64,000 bases of DNA from Eledone cirrhosa. Taxonomy: Eukaryota. The notes under the pieces are model-generated. The model was not told where the DNA came from and made no database searches. It saw only the letters and a list, made by a program, of their open reading frames with translations. The stretch is from the NCBI GenBank assembly GCA_964016885.1, contig OZ024742.1, positions 337,342,001-337,406,000 on the forward strand, in the 5' to 3' direction. A program made the translations under genes and the position numbers. This document shows positions 27,101 through 40,850 of this stretch, piece after piece. Every line of letters begins with the position of its first letter. The stretch's first letter is position 1.

Positions 27101-30100
27101 GTACATGTAGTAGAGTACAGGAAGTAGTGTACATGTAGAAGGGTATAGGAAGTAGTGTACATGTAGTAGTGTATAGGAAGTAGTGTACATGTAGTAGAAT
27201 ATAGGAAGTAGTGTACATGTAGTAGAGTATAAGAAGTAGTGTACATGTAGTAGTGTATAGGAAGTAGTGTACATGTAGAAGGGTATAGGAAGTAGTGTAC
27301 ATGTAGAAGGGTATAGGATGTAGTGTACATGTAGTAGTGTATAGGAAGTAGTGTACATGTAGTAGTGTATAGGAAGTAGTGTACATGTAGTAGTGTATAG
27401 GAAGTAGTGTGCATGTAGTAGTGTATAGGAAGTAGTGTACATGTAGTAGAGTATAGGAAGTAGTGTACATGTAGTAGTGTATAGGAAGTAGTGTACATGT
27501 AGTAGGGTATAGGAAGTAGTGTACATGTAGTAGTGTATAGGAAGTAGTGTACGTGTAGTAGAGTATAGGAAGTAGTGTACATGTAGTAGTGTATAGGAAG
27601 TAGTTTACATGTAGTAGTGTATAGGAAGTAGTGTACATGTAGTAGGGTATAGGAAGTAGAGTGCATGTAGTAGTGTATAGGAAGTAGTGTACATGTAGTA
27701 GGGTATAGGAAGTAGTGTACATGTATTAGAGTATAGGAAGTAGTGTACATGTAGTAGGGTATAGGAAGTAGTGTACATGTAGTAGAGTATAGGAAGTAGT
27801 GTACATGTAGTAGAGTATAGGAAGTAGTGTACATGTAGTAGGGTATAGGAAGTAGTGTACATGTAGTAGTGTATAGGAAGTAGTGTACATGTAGTAGGGT
27901 ATAGGAAGTAGTGTACATGTAGTAGTGTATAGGAAGTAGTATATATGTAGTAGAGTATAGGAAGCAGTGTACATGTAGTAGTGTATAGGAAGTAGTGTAC
28001 ATGTAGTAGAGTACAGGAAGTAGTGTACATGTAGTAGGGTATAGGAAGTAGTCTACATGTAGTAGTGTATAGGAAGTAGTGTACATGTAGTAGTGTATAG
28101 GAAGTAGTGTACATGTAGTAGGGTATAGGAAGTAGTGTGCATTTAGTAGTGTATAGGAAGTAGTATATATGTAGTAGAGTATAGGAAGTAGTGTACATGT
28201 AGCAGTGTATAGGAAGTAGTGTACATGTAGTAGAGTACAGGAAGTAGTGTACATGTAGAAGGGTATAGGAAGTAGTGTACATGTAGTAGTGTATAGGAAG
28301 TAGTGTACATGCAGTAGAATATAGGAAGTAGTGTACATGTAGTAGAGTATAGGAAGTAGTGTACATGTAGTAGTGTATAGGAAGTAGTGTACATGTAGAA
28401 GGGTATAGGAAGTAGTGTACATGTAGAAGGGTATAGGATGTAGTGTACATGTAGTAGTGTATAGGAAGTAGTGTACATGTAGTAGTGTATAGGAAGTAGT
28501 GTACATGTAGTTGTGTATAGGAAGTAGTGTACATGTAGTAGAGTATAGGAAGTAGTATACGTGTAGTAGTGTATAGGAAGTAGTGTACATGTAGTAGTGT
28601 ATAGGAAGTAGTGTACATGTAGTAGTGTATAGGAAGTAGTGTACATGTATTAGTGTATAGGAAGTAGTGTACATGTAGTAGTGTATAGGAAGTAGTGTAC
28701 ATGTAGTATGGTATAGGCAGTAGTGTACATGTAGTAGTGTATAGGAAGTAGTGTACATGTAGTAGTGTATAGGAAGTAGTGTACATGTAGTAGAGTATAG
28801 GAAGTAGTGTGCATGTAGTAGTGTATAGGGAGTAATGTACATGTTGTAGGATATAGGAAGTAGTGTACATGTAGTAGAGTATAGGAAGTAGTGTACATGA
28901 AGTAGAGTATAGGAAGTAGTTTACATGTAGTAGGGTATAGGAAGTAGTGTATATGTAGTAGTGTATAGGAAGTAGTGTACATGTAGTAGGGTATAGGAAG
29001 TAGTGTGCATGTAGTAGTGTATAGGAAGTAGTGTACATGTAGTAGAGGATAAAAAGTAGTGTACATGTAGTAGTGTATAGGAAGTAGTGTACATGTAGTA
29101 GAGTACAGGAAGTAGTGTACATGTAGAAGGGTATAGGAAGTTGTGTAGATGTAGTAGAATATATGAAGTAGTGTACATGTAGTAGAGTATAGGAAGTAGT
29201 GTACATGTAGTAGTGTATAGGAAGTAGTGTACATGTAGTAGAGTATAGGAAGTAGTGTACATGTAGTAGGGTATAGGAAGTAGTGTACATGTAATAGGGT
29301 ATAGGAAGTAGTGTACATGTAGTAGTGTATAGGAAGTAGTATATATGTAGTAGAGTATAGGAAGTAGTGTACATGTAGTAGTGTATAGGAAGTAGTGTAC
29401 ATGTAGTAGAGTACAGGAAGTAGTGTACATGTAGAAGTGTATAGGAAGTAGTGTACATGTAGTAGTGTATAGGAAGTAGTGTACATGTAGTAGGGTATAG
29501 GAAGTAGTGTACATGTAGTAGTGTATAGGAAGTAGTGTACACGTATTAGTGTATAGGAAGTAGTGTACATGTAGTAGGGTATAGGAAGTAGTGTGCATGT
29601 AGTAGTGTATAGGAAGTAGTATATATGTAGTAGAGTATAGGAAGTAGTGTACATGTAGTAGTGTATAGGAAGTAGTGTACATGTAGTAGAGTACATGAAG
29701 TAGTGTACATGTAGAAGGGTATAGGAAGTAGTGTACATGTAGTAGAATATAGGAAGTAGTGTACATGTAGTAGAGTATAGGAAGTAGTGTACATGTAGTA
29801 GTGTATAGGAAGTAGTGTGCATGTAGTAGTGTATAGGAAGTAGTGTACATATAGTAGGGTATAGGAAGTAGTGTACATGTAGTAGTGTATAGGAAGTAGT
29901 GTACATGTAGTAGGGTATAGGAAGTAGTGTGCATGTAGTAGTGTATAGGAAGTAGTGTACATGTAGTAGGGTATAGGAAGTAGTGTACATGTAGTAGAAT
30001 ATAGGAAGTAGTGTACATGTAGTAGAGTATAGGAAGTAGTATACATGTAGTAGTGTATAGGAAGTAGTGTACATGTAGTAGAGTATAGGAAGTAGTGTAC

Positions 30101-33100
30101 ATGTAGTAGGGTATAGGAAGTAGTGTACATGTAGTAGTGTATAGGAAGTAGTATATATGTAGTAGAGTATAGGAAGTAGTGTACATGTAGTAGTGTATAG
30201 GAAGTAGTGTACATGTAGTAGAGGATAGGAAGTAGTGTACATGTAGTAGTGTATAGGAAGTAGTGTACATGTAGTAGAATATAGGAAATAGTTTACATGT
30301 AGTAGGGTATAGGAAGTAGTGTACATGTAGCAGTGTATAGGAAGTAGTGCACATGTAGTAGTGTATAGGAAGTAGTGTGCATGTAGTAGTGTATAGGAAG
30401 TAGTGTACATGTAGTAGACTATAGGAAGTAGTATACGTGTAGTAGTGTATAGGAAGTAGTGTACATGTAGTAGTGTATAGGAAGTAGTGAACATGTAGTA
30501 GGGTATAGGAAGTAGTGTACATGTAGTAGTGTATAGGAAGTAGTGTACATGTAGTAGTGTATAGGAAGTAGTGTAAATGTAGTAGAGTATAGGAAGTAGT
30601 GTGCATGTAGTAGTGTATAGGAAGTAATGTACATGTTGTAGGATATAGGAAGTAGTGTACATGTAGTAGAGTATAGGAAGTAGTGTACATGAAGTAGAGT
30701 ATAGGAAGTAGTTTACATGTAGTAGGGTATAGGAAGTAGTGTATATGTAGTAGTGTATAGGATGTAGTGTACATGTAGTAGGGTATAGGAAGTAGTGTGC
30801 ATGTAGTAGTGTATAGGAAGTAGTGTACATGTAGTAGAGGATAGGAAGTAGTGTACATGTAGTAGTGTATAGGAAGTATTGTACATGTAGTAGAGTACAG
30901 GAAGTAGTGTACATGTAGAAGGGTATAGGAAGTAGTGTACATGTAGTAGAATATAGGAAGTAGTGTACATGTAGTAGAGTATAGGAAGTAGTGTACATGT
31001 AGTAGTGTATAGGAAGTAGTGTACATGTAGTAGAGTATAGGAAGTAGTGTACATGAAGTAGGGTATAGGAAGTAGTGTACATGTAGTAGGGTATAGGAAG
31101 TAGTGTACAAGTAGTAGTGTATAGGAAGTAGTGTACATGTAGTAGTGTATAGGAAGTAGTGTACATGTAGTAGGGTATAGGAAGTAGTGTGCATGTAGTA
31201 GTGTATAGGAAGTAGTATATATGTAGTAGAGTATAGGAAGTAGTGTACATGTAGTAGTGTATAGGAAGTAGTGTACATGTAGTCGAGTACAGGAAGTAGT
31301 GTAGATGTAGAAGGGTATAGGAAGTAGTGTACATGTAGTAGTGGATAGGAAGTAGTGTGCATGTAGTAGGGTATAGGAAGTAGTGTACATGTAGTAGTGT
31401 ATAGGAAGTAGTGTACATGTAGTAGTGTATAGGAAGTAGTGTACATGTAGTAGGGTATAGGAAGTAGTGTGCATGTAGTAGTGTATAGGAAGTAGTATAT
31501 ATGTAGTAGAGTATAGGAAGTAGTGTACATGTAGTAGTGTATAGGAAGTAGTGTACATGTAATAGAGTACAGGAAGTAGTGTACATGTAGAAGGGTATAG
31601 GAAGTAGTGTACATGTAGTAGAATATAGGAAGTAGTGTACATGTAGTAGAGTATAGGAAGTAGTGTACATGGAGTAGTGTATAGGAAGTAGTGTGCATGT
31701 AGTAGTGTATAGGAAGTAGTGTACATGTAGTAGGGTATAGGAAGTAGTGTACATGTAGTAGTGTATAGGAAGTAGTGTACATGTAGTAGGGTATAGGAAG
31801 TAGTGTGCATGTAGTAGTGTATAGGAAGTAGTGTACATGTAGTAGGGTATAGGAAGTAGTGTACATGTAGTAGAATATAGGAAGTAGTGTACATGTAGTA
31901 GAGTATAGGAAGTAGTATACATGTAGTAGTGTATAGGAAGTAGTGTACATGTAGTAGAGTACCGGAAGTAGTGTACATGTTGAAGGGTATAGGAAGTAGT
32001 GTACATGTAGTAGTGTATAGGAATTAATGTACATGTAGTAGGGTATAGGAAGTAGTGTACATGTAGTAGTGTATAGGAAGTAGTGTACATGTAGTAGTGT
32101 ATAGGAAGTAGTGTACATGTAGTAGGGTATAGGAAGTAGTGTGCATGTAGTAGTGTATAGGAAGTAGTGTACATGTAGTAGGGTATAGGAAGTAGTGTAC
32201 ATGTAGTAGAGTATAGGAAGTAGTGTACATGAAGTAGAATATAGGAAATAGTTTACATGTAGTAGGGTATAGGAAGTAGTGTACATGTAGTAGTGTATAG
32301 GAAGTCGTGTACATGTAGTAGGGTATAGGAAGTAGTGTCCATGTAGTAGTGTATAGGAAGTAGTGTACATGTAGTGGTGTATAGGAAGTAGTGTACATGT
32401 AGTAGTGTATAGGAAGTAGTGTGCATGTAGTAGTGTATAGGAAGTAGTATACATGTAGTAGAGTATAGGAAGTAGTATACGTGTAGTAGTGTATAGGAAG
32501 TAGTGTACATGTAGTAGTGTATAGGAAGTAGTGTACATGTAGTAGGGTATACGAAGTAGTGTACATGTAGTAGTGTATAGGAAGTAGTGTACATGTAGTA
32601 GTGTATAGGAAGTAGTGTAAATGTAGTAGAGTATAGGAAGTAGTGTGCATGTAGTAGTGTATAGGAAGTAATGTACATGTTGTAGGATATAGGAAGTAGT
32701 GTACATGAAGTAGAGTATAGGAAGTAGTTTACATGTAGTAGGGTATATGAAGTAGTGTACATGTAGTAGGGTATAGGAAGTAGTGTGCATGTAGTAGAGT
32801 ATAGGAAGTAGTGTACATGTAGTAGGGTATAGGAAGTAGTGTACATGTAGTAGAGTATAGGAAGTAGTGTACATGAAGTAGAATATAGGAAATAGTTTAC
32901 ATGTAGTAGGGTATAGGAAGTAGTGTACATGTAGTAGTGTATAGGAAGCAGTGTACATGCAGTAGGGTATAGGAAGTAGTGTGCATGTAGTAGTGTATAG
33001 GAAGTAGTGTACATGTAGTAGTGTATAGGAAGTAGTGTACATGTAGTAGTGTATAGGAAGTAGTGTGCATGTAGTAGTGTATAGGAAGTAGTATACATGT

Positions 33101-36100
33101 AGTAGAGTATAGGAAGTAGTATACGTGTAGTAGTGTATAGGAAGTAGTGTACATGTAGTAGTGTATAGGAAGTAGTGTACATGTAGTAGGGTATAGGAAG
33201 TAGTGTGCATGTAGTAGAGTATAGGAAGTAGTGTACATGTAGTAGGGTATAGGAAGTAGTGTACATGTAGTAGAGTATAGGAAGTAGTGTACATGAAGTA
33301 GAATATAGGAAATAGTTTACATGTAGTAGGGTATAGGAAATAGTGTACATGTAGTAGGGTATACGAAGTAGTGTACATGTAGTAGTGTATAGGAAGTAGT
33401 GTACATGTAGTAGTGTATAGGAAGTAGTGTAAATGTAGTAGAGTATAGGAAGTAGTGTGCATGTAGTAGTGTATAGGAAGTAATGTACATGTTGTAGGAT
33501 ATAGGAAGTAGTGTACTTGTAGTAGAGTATAGGAAGTAGTGTACATGAAGTAGAGTATAGGAAGTAGTTTACATGTAGTAGGGTATAGGAAGTAGTGTAT
33601 ATGTAGTAGTGTATAGGAAGTAGTGTACATGTAGTAGGGTATAGGAAGTAGTGTGCATGTAGTAGCGTATAGGAAGTAGTGTACATGTAGTAGAGGATAG
33701 GAAGTAGTGTACATGTAGTAGTATATAGGAAGTAGTGTACATGTAGTAGAGTACAGGAAGTAGTGTACATGTAGAAAGGTATAGGAAGTAGTGTACATGT
33801 AGTAGAATATAGGAAGTAGTGTACATGTAGTAGAGTATAGGAAGTAGTGTACATGTAGTAGTGTATAGGAAGTAGTGTACATGTAGTAGAGTATAGGAAG
33901 TAGTGTACATGTAGTAGGGTATAGGAAGTAGTGTACATGTAGTAGTGTATAGGAAGTAGTGTACATGTAGTAGAGTATAGGAAGTAGTGTATATGTAGTA
34001 GTGTATAGGGAGTAGTGTACATGTAGTAGAGTACAGGAAGTAGTGTACATGTAGAAGGGTATAGGAAGTAGTGTACATGTAGTAGAATATAGGAAGTAGT
34101 GTACATGTAGTTGAGTATAGGAAGTAGTGTACATGTAGTAGTGTATAGGAAGTAGTGTACATGTAGCAGGGCATAGGAAGTAGTGTACATGTAGTAGTGT
34201 ATAGGAAGTAGTATATATGTAGTAGAGTATAGGAAGTAGTGTACATGTAGTAGTGTATAGGAAGTAGTGTACATGTAGTAGGGTATAGGAAGTAGTGTAC
34301 ATGTAGTAGTGTATAGGAAGTAGTGTACATGTAGTAGTGTATAGGAAGTAGTGTACATGTAGTAGGGTATAGGAAGTAGTGTGCATGTAGTAGTGTATAG
34401 GAAGTAGTATATATGTAGTAGAGTATAGGAAGTAGTGTATATGTAGTAGTGTATAGGGAGTAGTGTACATGTAGTAGAGTACAGGAAGTAGTGTACATGT
34501 AGAAGGGTATAGGAAGTAGTGTACATGTAGTAGAATATAGGAAGTAGTGTACATGTAGTTGAGTATAGGAAGTAGTGTACATGTAGTAGTGTATAGGAAG
34601 TAGTGTGCATGTAGTAGTGTATAGGAAGTTGTGTACATGTAGTAGGGTATAGGAAGTAGTGTACATGTAGTAGTGTATAGGAAGTAGTGTACATGTAGTA
34701 GTGTATAGGAAGTAGTATATATGTAGTAGAGTATAGGAAGTAGTGTACATGTAGTAGTGTATAGGAAGTAGTGTACATGTAGTAGAGTACAGGAAGTAGT
34801 GTACATGTAGAAGGGTATAGGAAGTAGTGTACATGTAGTAGAATATAGGAAGTAGTGTACATGTAGTAGAGTATAGGAAGTAGTGTACATGTAGTAGTGT
34901 ATAGGAAGTAGTGTACATGTAGTAGAGTATAGGAAGTAGTGTACATGTAGTAGGGTATAGGAAGTAGTGTACATGTAGTAGTGTATAGGAAGTAGTATAT
35001 ATGTAGTAGAGTATAGGAATTAGTGTACATGTAGTAGTGTATAGGAAGTAGTGTACATGTAGTAGAGTACAGGAAGTAGTGTACATGTTGAAGGGTATAG
35101 GAAGTAGTGTACATGTAGTAGTGTATAGGAAGTAATGTACATGTAGTAGGGTTTAGGAAGTAGTTACATGTAGTAGTGTATAAGAAGTAGTGTACATGTA
35201 GTAGAGTACAGGAAGTAGTGTACATGTAGAAGGGTATAGGAAGTAGTGTACATGTAGTAGAATATAGGAAGTAGTGTACATGTAGTAGAGTATAGGAAGT
35301 AGTGTACATGTAGTAGTGTATAGGAAGTAGTGTACATGTAGTAGAGTATAGGAAGTAGTGTACATGTAGTAGTGTATAGGAAGTAGTGTACATGTAGTAG
35401 TGTATAGGAAGTAGTATATATGTAGTAGAGTATAGGAAGTAGTGTACATGTAGTAGTGTATAGGAAGTTGTGTACATGTAGTAGAGTACAGGAAGTAGTG
35501 TACATGTAGAAGGGTATAGGAAGTAGTGTACATGTAGTAGAATATAGGAAGTAGTGTACATGTAGTAGTGTATAGGAAGTAGTATATATGTAGTAGAGTA
35601 TAGGAAGTAGTGTACATGTAGTAGTGTATAGGAAGTAGTGTACATGTAGTAGAGTACAGGAAGTAGTGTACATGTAGAAGGGTATAGGAAGTAGTGTACA
35701 TGTAGTAGAATATAGGAAGTAGTGTACATGTAGTAGCGTATAGGAAGTAGTGTACATGTAGTAGTGTATAGGAAGTAGTGTACATGTAGTAGAGTATAGG
35801 AAGCAGTGTACATGTAGTAGGGTATAGGAAGTAGTGTACATGTAGTAGGGTATAGGAAGTAGTGTGCATGTGGTAGTGTATAGGAAGTAGTGTAGATGTA
35901 GTAGTGTATAGGAAGTAGTGTACATGTAGTAGGGTATAGGAAGTAGTGTGCATGTAGTAGTGTATAGGAAGTAGTATATATGTAGTAGAGTATAGGAAGT
36001 AGTGTACATGTAGTAGTGTATAGGAAGTAGTGTACATGTAGTAGAGTACAGGAAGTAGTGTACATGTAGAAGGGTATAGGAAGTAGTGTACATGTAGTAG

Positions 36101-38668
36101 AATATAGGAAGTAGTGTACATGTAGTAGAGTATAGGAAGTAATGTACATGTAGTAGTGTATAGGAAGTAGTGTACATGTAGTAGAGTATAGGAAGTAGTG
36201 TACATGTAGTAGGGTATAGGAAGTAGTGTACATGTAGTAGTGTATAGGAAGTAGTATATATGTAGTAGAGTATAGGAATTAGTGTACATGTAGTAGTGTA
36301 TAGGAAGTAGTGTACATGTAGTAGAGTACAGGAAGTAGTGTACATGTTGAAGGGTATAGGAAGTAGTGTACATGTAGTAGTGTATAGGAAGTAATGTACA
36401 TGTAGTAGGGTTTAGGAAGTAGTGTACATGTAGTAGTGTATAAGAAGTAGTGTACATGTAGTAGAGTACAGGAAGTAGTGTACATGTAGAAGGGTATAGG
36501 AAGTAGTGTACATGTAGTAGAATATAGGAAGTAGTGTACATGTAGTAGAGTATAGGAAGTAGTGTACATGTAGTAGTGTATAGGAAGTAGTGTACATGTA
36601 GTAGAGTATAGGAAGTAGTGTACATGTAGTAGTGTATAGGAAGTAGTGTACATGTAGTAGTGTATAGGAAGTAGTATATATGTAGTAGAGTATAGGAAGT
36701 AGTGTACATGTAGTAGTGTATAGGAAGTTGTGTACATGTAGTAGAGTACAGGAAGTAGTGTACATGTAGAAGGGTATAGGAAGTAGTGTACATGTAGTAG
36801 AATATAGGAAGTAGTGTACATGTAGTAGCGTATAGGAAGTAGTGTACATGTAGTAGTGTATAGGAAGTAGTGTACATGTAGTAGAGTATAGGAAGTAGTG
36901 TACATGTAGTAGGGTATAGGAAGTAGTGTACATGTAGTAGTGTATAGGAAGTAGTATATATGTAGTAGAGTATAGGAATTAGTGTACATGTAGTAGTGTA
37001 TAGGAAGTAGTGTACATGTAGTAGAGTACAGGAAGTAGTGTACATGTTGAAAGGTATAGGAAGTAGCGTACATGTAGTAGTGTATAGGAAGTAGTGTACA
37101 TGTAGTAGAGTATAGGAAGTAGTGTACATGTAGTAGTGTATAGGAAGTAGTGTACATGTAGTAGAGTATAGGAAGTAGTGTACATGAAGTAGTGTATAGG
37201 AAGTAGTGTACATGTAGTAGTGTATAGGAAGTAGTATATATGTAGTAGAGTATAGGAAGTAGTGTACATGTAGTAGTGTATAGGAAGTAGTGTACATGTA
37301 GTAGAGTACAGGAAGTAGTGTACATGTAGAAGGGTATAGGAAGTAGTGTACATGTAGTAGAATATAGGAAGTAGTGTACATGTAGGTGCGTATAGGAAGT
37401 AGTGTACATGTAGTAGTGTATAGGAAGTAGTGTACATGTAGTAGAGTATAGGAAGCAGTGTACATGTAGTAGGGTATAGGAAGTAGTGTACATGTAGTAG
37501 TGTATAGGAAGTAGTATATATGTAGTAGAGTATAGGAATTAGTGTACATGTAGTAGTGTATAGGAAGTAGTGTACATGTAGTAGAGTACAGGAAGTAGTG
37601 TACATGTAGAAGGGTATAGGAAGTAGTGTACATGTAGTAGAATATAGGAAGTAGTGTACATGTAGTAGAGTATAGGAAGTAGTGTACATGTAGTAGTGTA
37701 TAGGAAGTAGTGTACATGTAGTAGAGTATAGGAAGTAGTGTACATGTAGTAGTGTATAGGAAGTAGTGTACATGTAGTAGTGTATAGGAAGTAGTATATA
37801 TGTAGTAGAGTATAGGAAGTAGTGTACATGTAGTAGTGTATAGGAAGTAGTGTACATGTAGTAGAGTACAGGAAGTAGTGTACATGTTGAAAGGTATAGG
37901 AAGTAGCGTACATGTAGTAGTGTATAGGAAGTAGTGTACATGTTGTAGAGTATAGGAAGTAGTGTACATGTAGTAGTGGATAGGAAGTAGTGTACATGTA
38001 GTAGAGTATAGGAAGTAGTGTACATGTAGTAGTGTATAGGAAGTAGTATATATGTAGTAGAATATAGGAAGTAGTGTACATGTAGTAGTGTATAGGAAGT
38101 AGTGTACATGTAGTAGAGTACTGGAAGTAGTGTACATGTTGAAAGGTATAGGAAGTAGTGTACATGTAGTAGTGTATAGGAAGTAGTGTACATGTAGTAG
38201 AATATAGGAAGTAGTGTACATGTAGTAGAGTATAGGAAGTAGTGTACATGTAGTAGTGTATAGGAAGTAGTGTACATGTAGTAGAGTATAGGAAGTACTG
38301 TACATGTAGTAGAATATAGGAAGTAGTGTACATGTAGTAGAGTATAGGAAGTAGTTTACATGTTGTAGTGTATAGGAAGTAGTGTACATGTAGTAGAGTA
38401 TAGGAAGTAGTGTACATGTAGTAGAGTATAGGAAGTAGTGTACATGTAGAAGGGTATAGGAAGTAGTGTACATGTAGTAGTGTATAGGAAGTAGTGTACA
38501 TGTAGTAGAGTATAGGAAGTAGTGTACATGTAGTAGAGTATAGGAAGTAGTGTACATGTAGTAGAATATAGGAAGTAGTGTACATGTAGTAGTGTATAGG
38601 AAGTAGTGTACATGTAGTAGAGTATAGGAAGTAGTGTACATGTAGTAGCGTATAGGAAGTAGTGTACA
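9167..38668. repeat. 28-bp tandem minisatellite, about 1050 units (29.5 kb), intronic
   Basis: Consensus AGGAAGTAGTGTACATGTAGTAG(T/A/G)GTAT. Register check: 38654-9201 = 1052x28 - 3, matching three visible 1-bp deletions near 11215, 13762 and 35164. Confidence 0.99.
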
Positions 38669-38990
38669 GGAAATTGTAAGCAGGAAGTATTTTATAGGAA
38701 GCAGTGTACAGGAAATAACATACAGGAAGTAGTGTACAGGAAGTAGTGTATAGGAAGTAGAGTATAGGAAATAGTGTATAGAAAGCAGTGTACAGGAAGT
38801 AGTGTACAGGAAGTATTGTATAGGAAGTAATGTATCAGAAGCAGTGTACAGGAAGTAGTATACAGGAAGTATTGTATAAGAATCAGTGTATATAAAACCT
38901 TGTATAGGAAGTGGTGAATAAGTATTGTATAGGATGTAGTGTACAGGAAGTAGTATACAGGAAGTATTGTAGAGGAAGTAGGGTACATAG
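38669..38990. repeat. Degenerate 14-bp monomer array (AGGAAGTAGTGTAY) bordering the 28-bp array
   Basis: Consecutive AGGAAGTAGTGTAC / AGGAAGTAGTGTAT / AGAAGCAGTGTAC-type units without the ATGTAG half. Confidence 0.85.
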
Positions 38991-39189
38991 AACAAGTCAC
39001 TCTTGGAAAGTCTATTCTCTTCCGTGGATAGGAGGTTAAAAGTTTATAAGTGTTTACAGTGTCAACATCACTGAAATCCATAAGGTTCACTCATTGATGG
39101 ATACTCCTGATCTCGAAATATATGATAAATACTTATCTGAACATATACAGTAAAGGATTAGCTGAGATTAAGTGAATGTGCTTGTAAAG

Positions 39190-39450
39190 ATTGTTGTTGT
39201 TGTTGAACTTCTAGTGTTTCTGATGACAAGTTCTCCAGTTGATGCAATCAATGGAACTGATCATGAAATTAGCGTGAAAGTGGCTGAGCATTCCATAGAC
39301 ATGTGCACACTTAATGTAGTTCTCTTGAATTATGAGTACATCTTATTTTCGTCTGCTGAGTGGACTGAGCAACATTAGATAAAGTGTCTGGCTCAAGAAC
39401 ACATGTCACTCAGTCCAGGAATCAAAATCACAGCCTTGAGATCAAGAGCC
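39190..39450 (-). mobile_element. Degenerate tRNA-derived SINE
   Basis: Minus strand reads TGTGTTCTTGAGCCAGACACTTTATCTAATGTTGCTCAGTCCACTCAGCAG, matching the SINE body at 62030-62090; (CAA)n tail on the minus strand at 39190-39204. Confidence 0.6.
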
Positions 39451-39454
39451 GTGT

Positions 39455-39672
39455 GCACACAACTCACAAAAACAAGATGGTGCAGGAAAGAACAAAGGAG
39501 AGATACAAAATAACAAATTAATCACTGAGGAGGTCATAGAATGTGTGACAAAAGACTTTTGACACGAATTAAATAAACAATCATCTGATTACAACTGGAA
39601 ATTTATAATAAATTGAAGTGAAAACCAACAGGTGCAAGTGTTTTTATTGGCAGCATGACCCTCCCAAAGTAT

Positions 39673-39680
<8 letters not shown>
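39455..39680 (+). mobile_element. Putative Penelope-like terminal fragment ending at (TA)n; related to 49290-49570
   Basis: Shares GAAAACCAAC...ATGACCCTCC..AAGTATAACAA(TA)n end with 49485-49570 and carries a hammerhead-like motif CTGAGGA-hairpin-AAAAGACTT at 39525-39558. Confidence 0.45.
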
Positions 39681-39734
<54 letters not shown>

Positions 39735-39867
39735 TTACATATATACATATATATATATTAATAAAAGGAATTCCAACTTTGTCTGATTTACTCGTTTTAT
39801 TTACAATCTTTTAAAATTTATAATGGTATTAGAATGAAATAGTATGGTAGAATATTAAATGTTAAGT

Positions 39868-39940
<73 letters not shown>

Positions 39941-40075
39941 TATCGTCTTCCTAGCTTCCTTCGGTTGCAACGTATTTTGAAATATTCACTTCTGCATTCA
40001 CAGATTGACTGTTAGTTTCAGAAGATCCCGTTAAGGGTCAAAGCACCGATTCTTTGCTTAAACTTTAATCTGTTA

Positions 40076-40142
<67 letters not shown>

Positions 40143-40165
40143 GCGCACGCACACACACACACATA
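39678..40165. repeat. Cluster of (TA)n microsatellites (39678-39760, 39870-39938, 40082-40136) plus short (CA)n
   Basis: Direct inspection. Confidence 0.95.
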
Positions 40166-40519
40166 TACGAAGGTCTTTACTATTTCAGAGACTTGCCCAC
40201 GTTAGTACTGGAGATATGATAAATGTACCACATAAACTAGTGATTCAAACGTTTCACTTGCACTGATTACACAATGACAACCGGGGAGTTTCTACACAGC
40301 CAATCAAACAACTAGAAATAGCAAACAATTCTTCCTCATATCACAGCCTATTCATTTATAAAGGAAGAACACATTCGCTATAGCAGTTCCAAATGTAAAT
40401 GACTGAAAATATCGTTCAGGTAAGTCATTGTTAGAACGCATTTGTATATAGGATTGTCTTCTCTATCAGAGCTAATCTGGGGGAAACAAGGACAACATTT
40501 AGACACAAGGTCAGTTATC

Positions 40520-40680
40520 TTGTGGGAAGGGAAAGTCGATTATATCAATCCCTGTGCCTGACTGGTACTTTAATTTATCGATCTCGGAAGAATAAAAGTT
40601 AGAATTGACCTCAGTGGAATTTGAACTCAGAAAGTAAAGACCCAGAACATAAACTGCAAAGCATTTTATCTGCCACTCTA
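40520..40680 (-). mobile_element. tRNA-derived SINE
   Basis: ACTGGTACTTTAATTTATCGATC...GACCTCAGTGGAATTTGAACTCAGAA; B-box GAGTTCAAATTC on the minus strand. Confidence 0.75.
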
Positions 40681-40850
40681 CCTAGTCTACCAATACCCGA
40701 CCCTTTCTACCTAGTCTACCAATACCCGACCCTTTCTACCTAGTCTACCAATACCCGATCCTTTCTACCTAGTCTACCAATACCCGATCCTTTCTACCTA
40801 GTCTACCAATACCCGATCCTTTCTACCTAGTCTACCAATACCCGATCCTT
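40677..40850. repeat. 29-bp tandem repeat x6 abutting the SINE head
   Basis: TCTACCTAGTCTACCAATACCCGA(C/T)CCTT, six copies. Confidence 0.97.

Noticed and set aside
9106-39090. Huge minus-strand ORFs (up to 2858 aa) of YTTSYTLLHVHYFL repeats, superficially like His/Tyr-rich structural proteins
   Set aside because: The 28-bp unit has no stop in any minus frame, so all three frames give the same peptide. Stops and 1-bp deletions occur at random, and the array lies inside a phase-matched intron with no acceptor.
40015-40050. CAGAAGATCCC-GTTAA-GGGTCAAAGC as a hammerhead
   Set aside because: Both core halves are mutated non-compensatorily and there is no convincing stem I or III.
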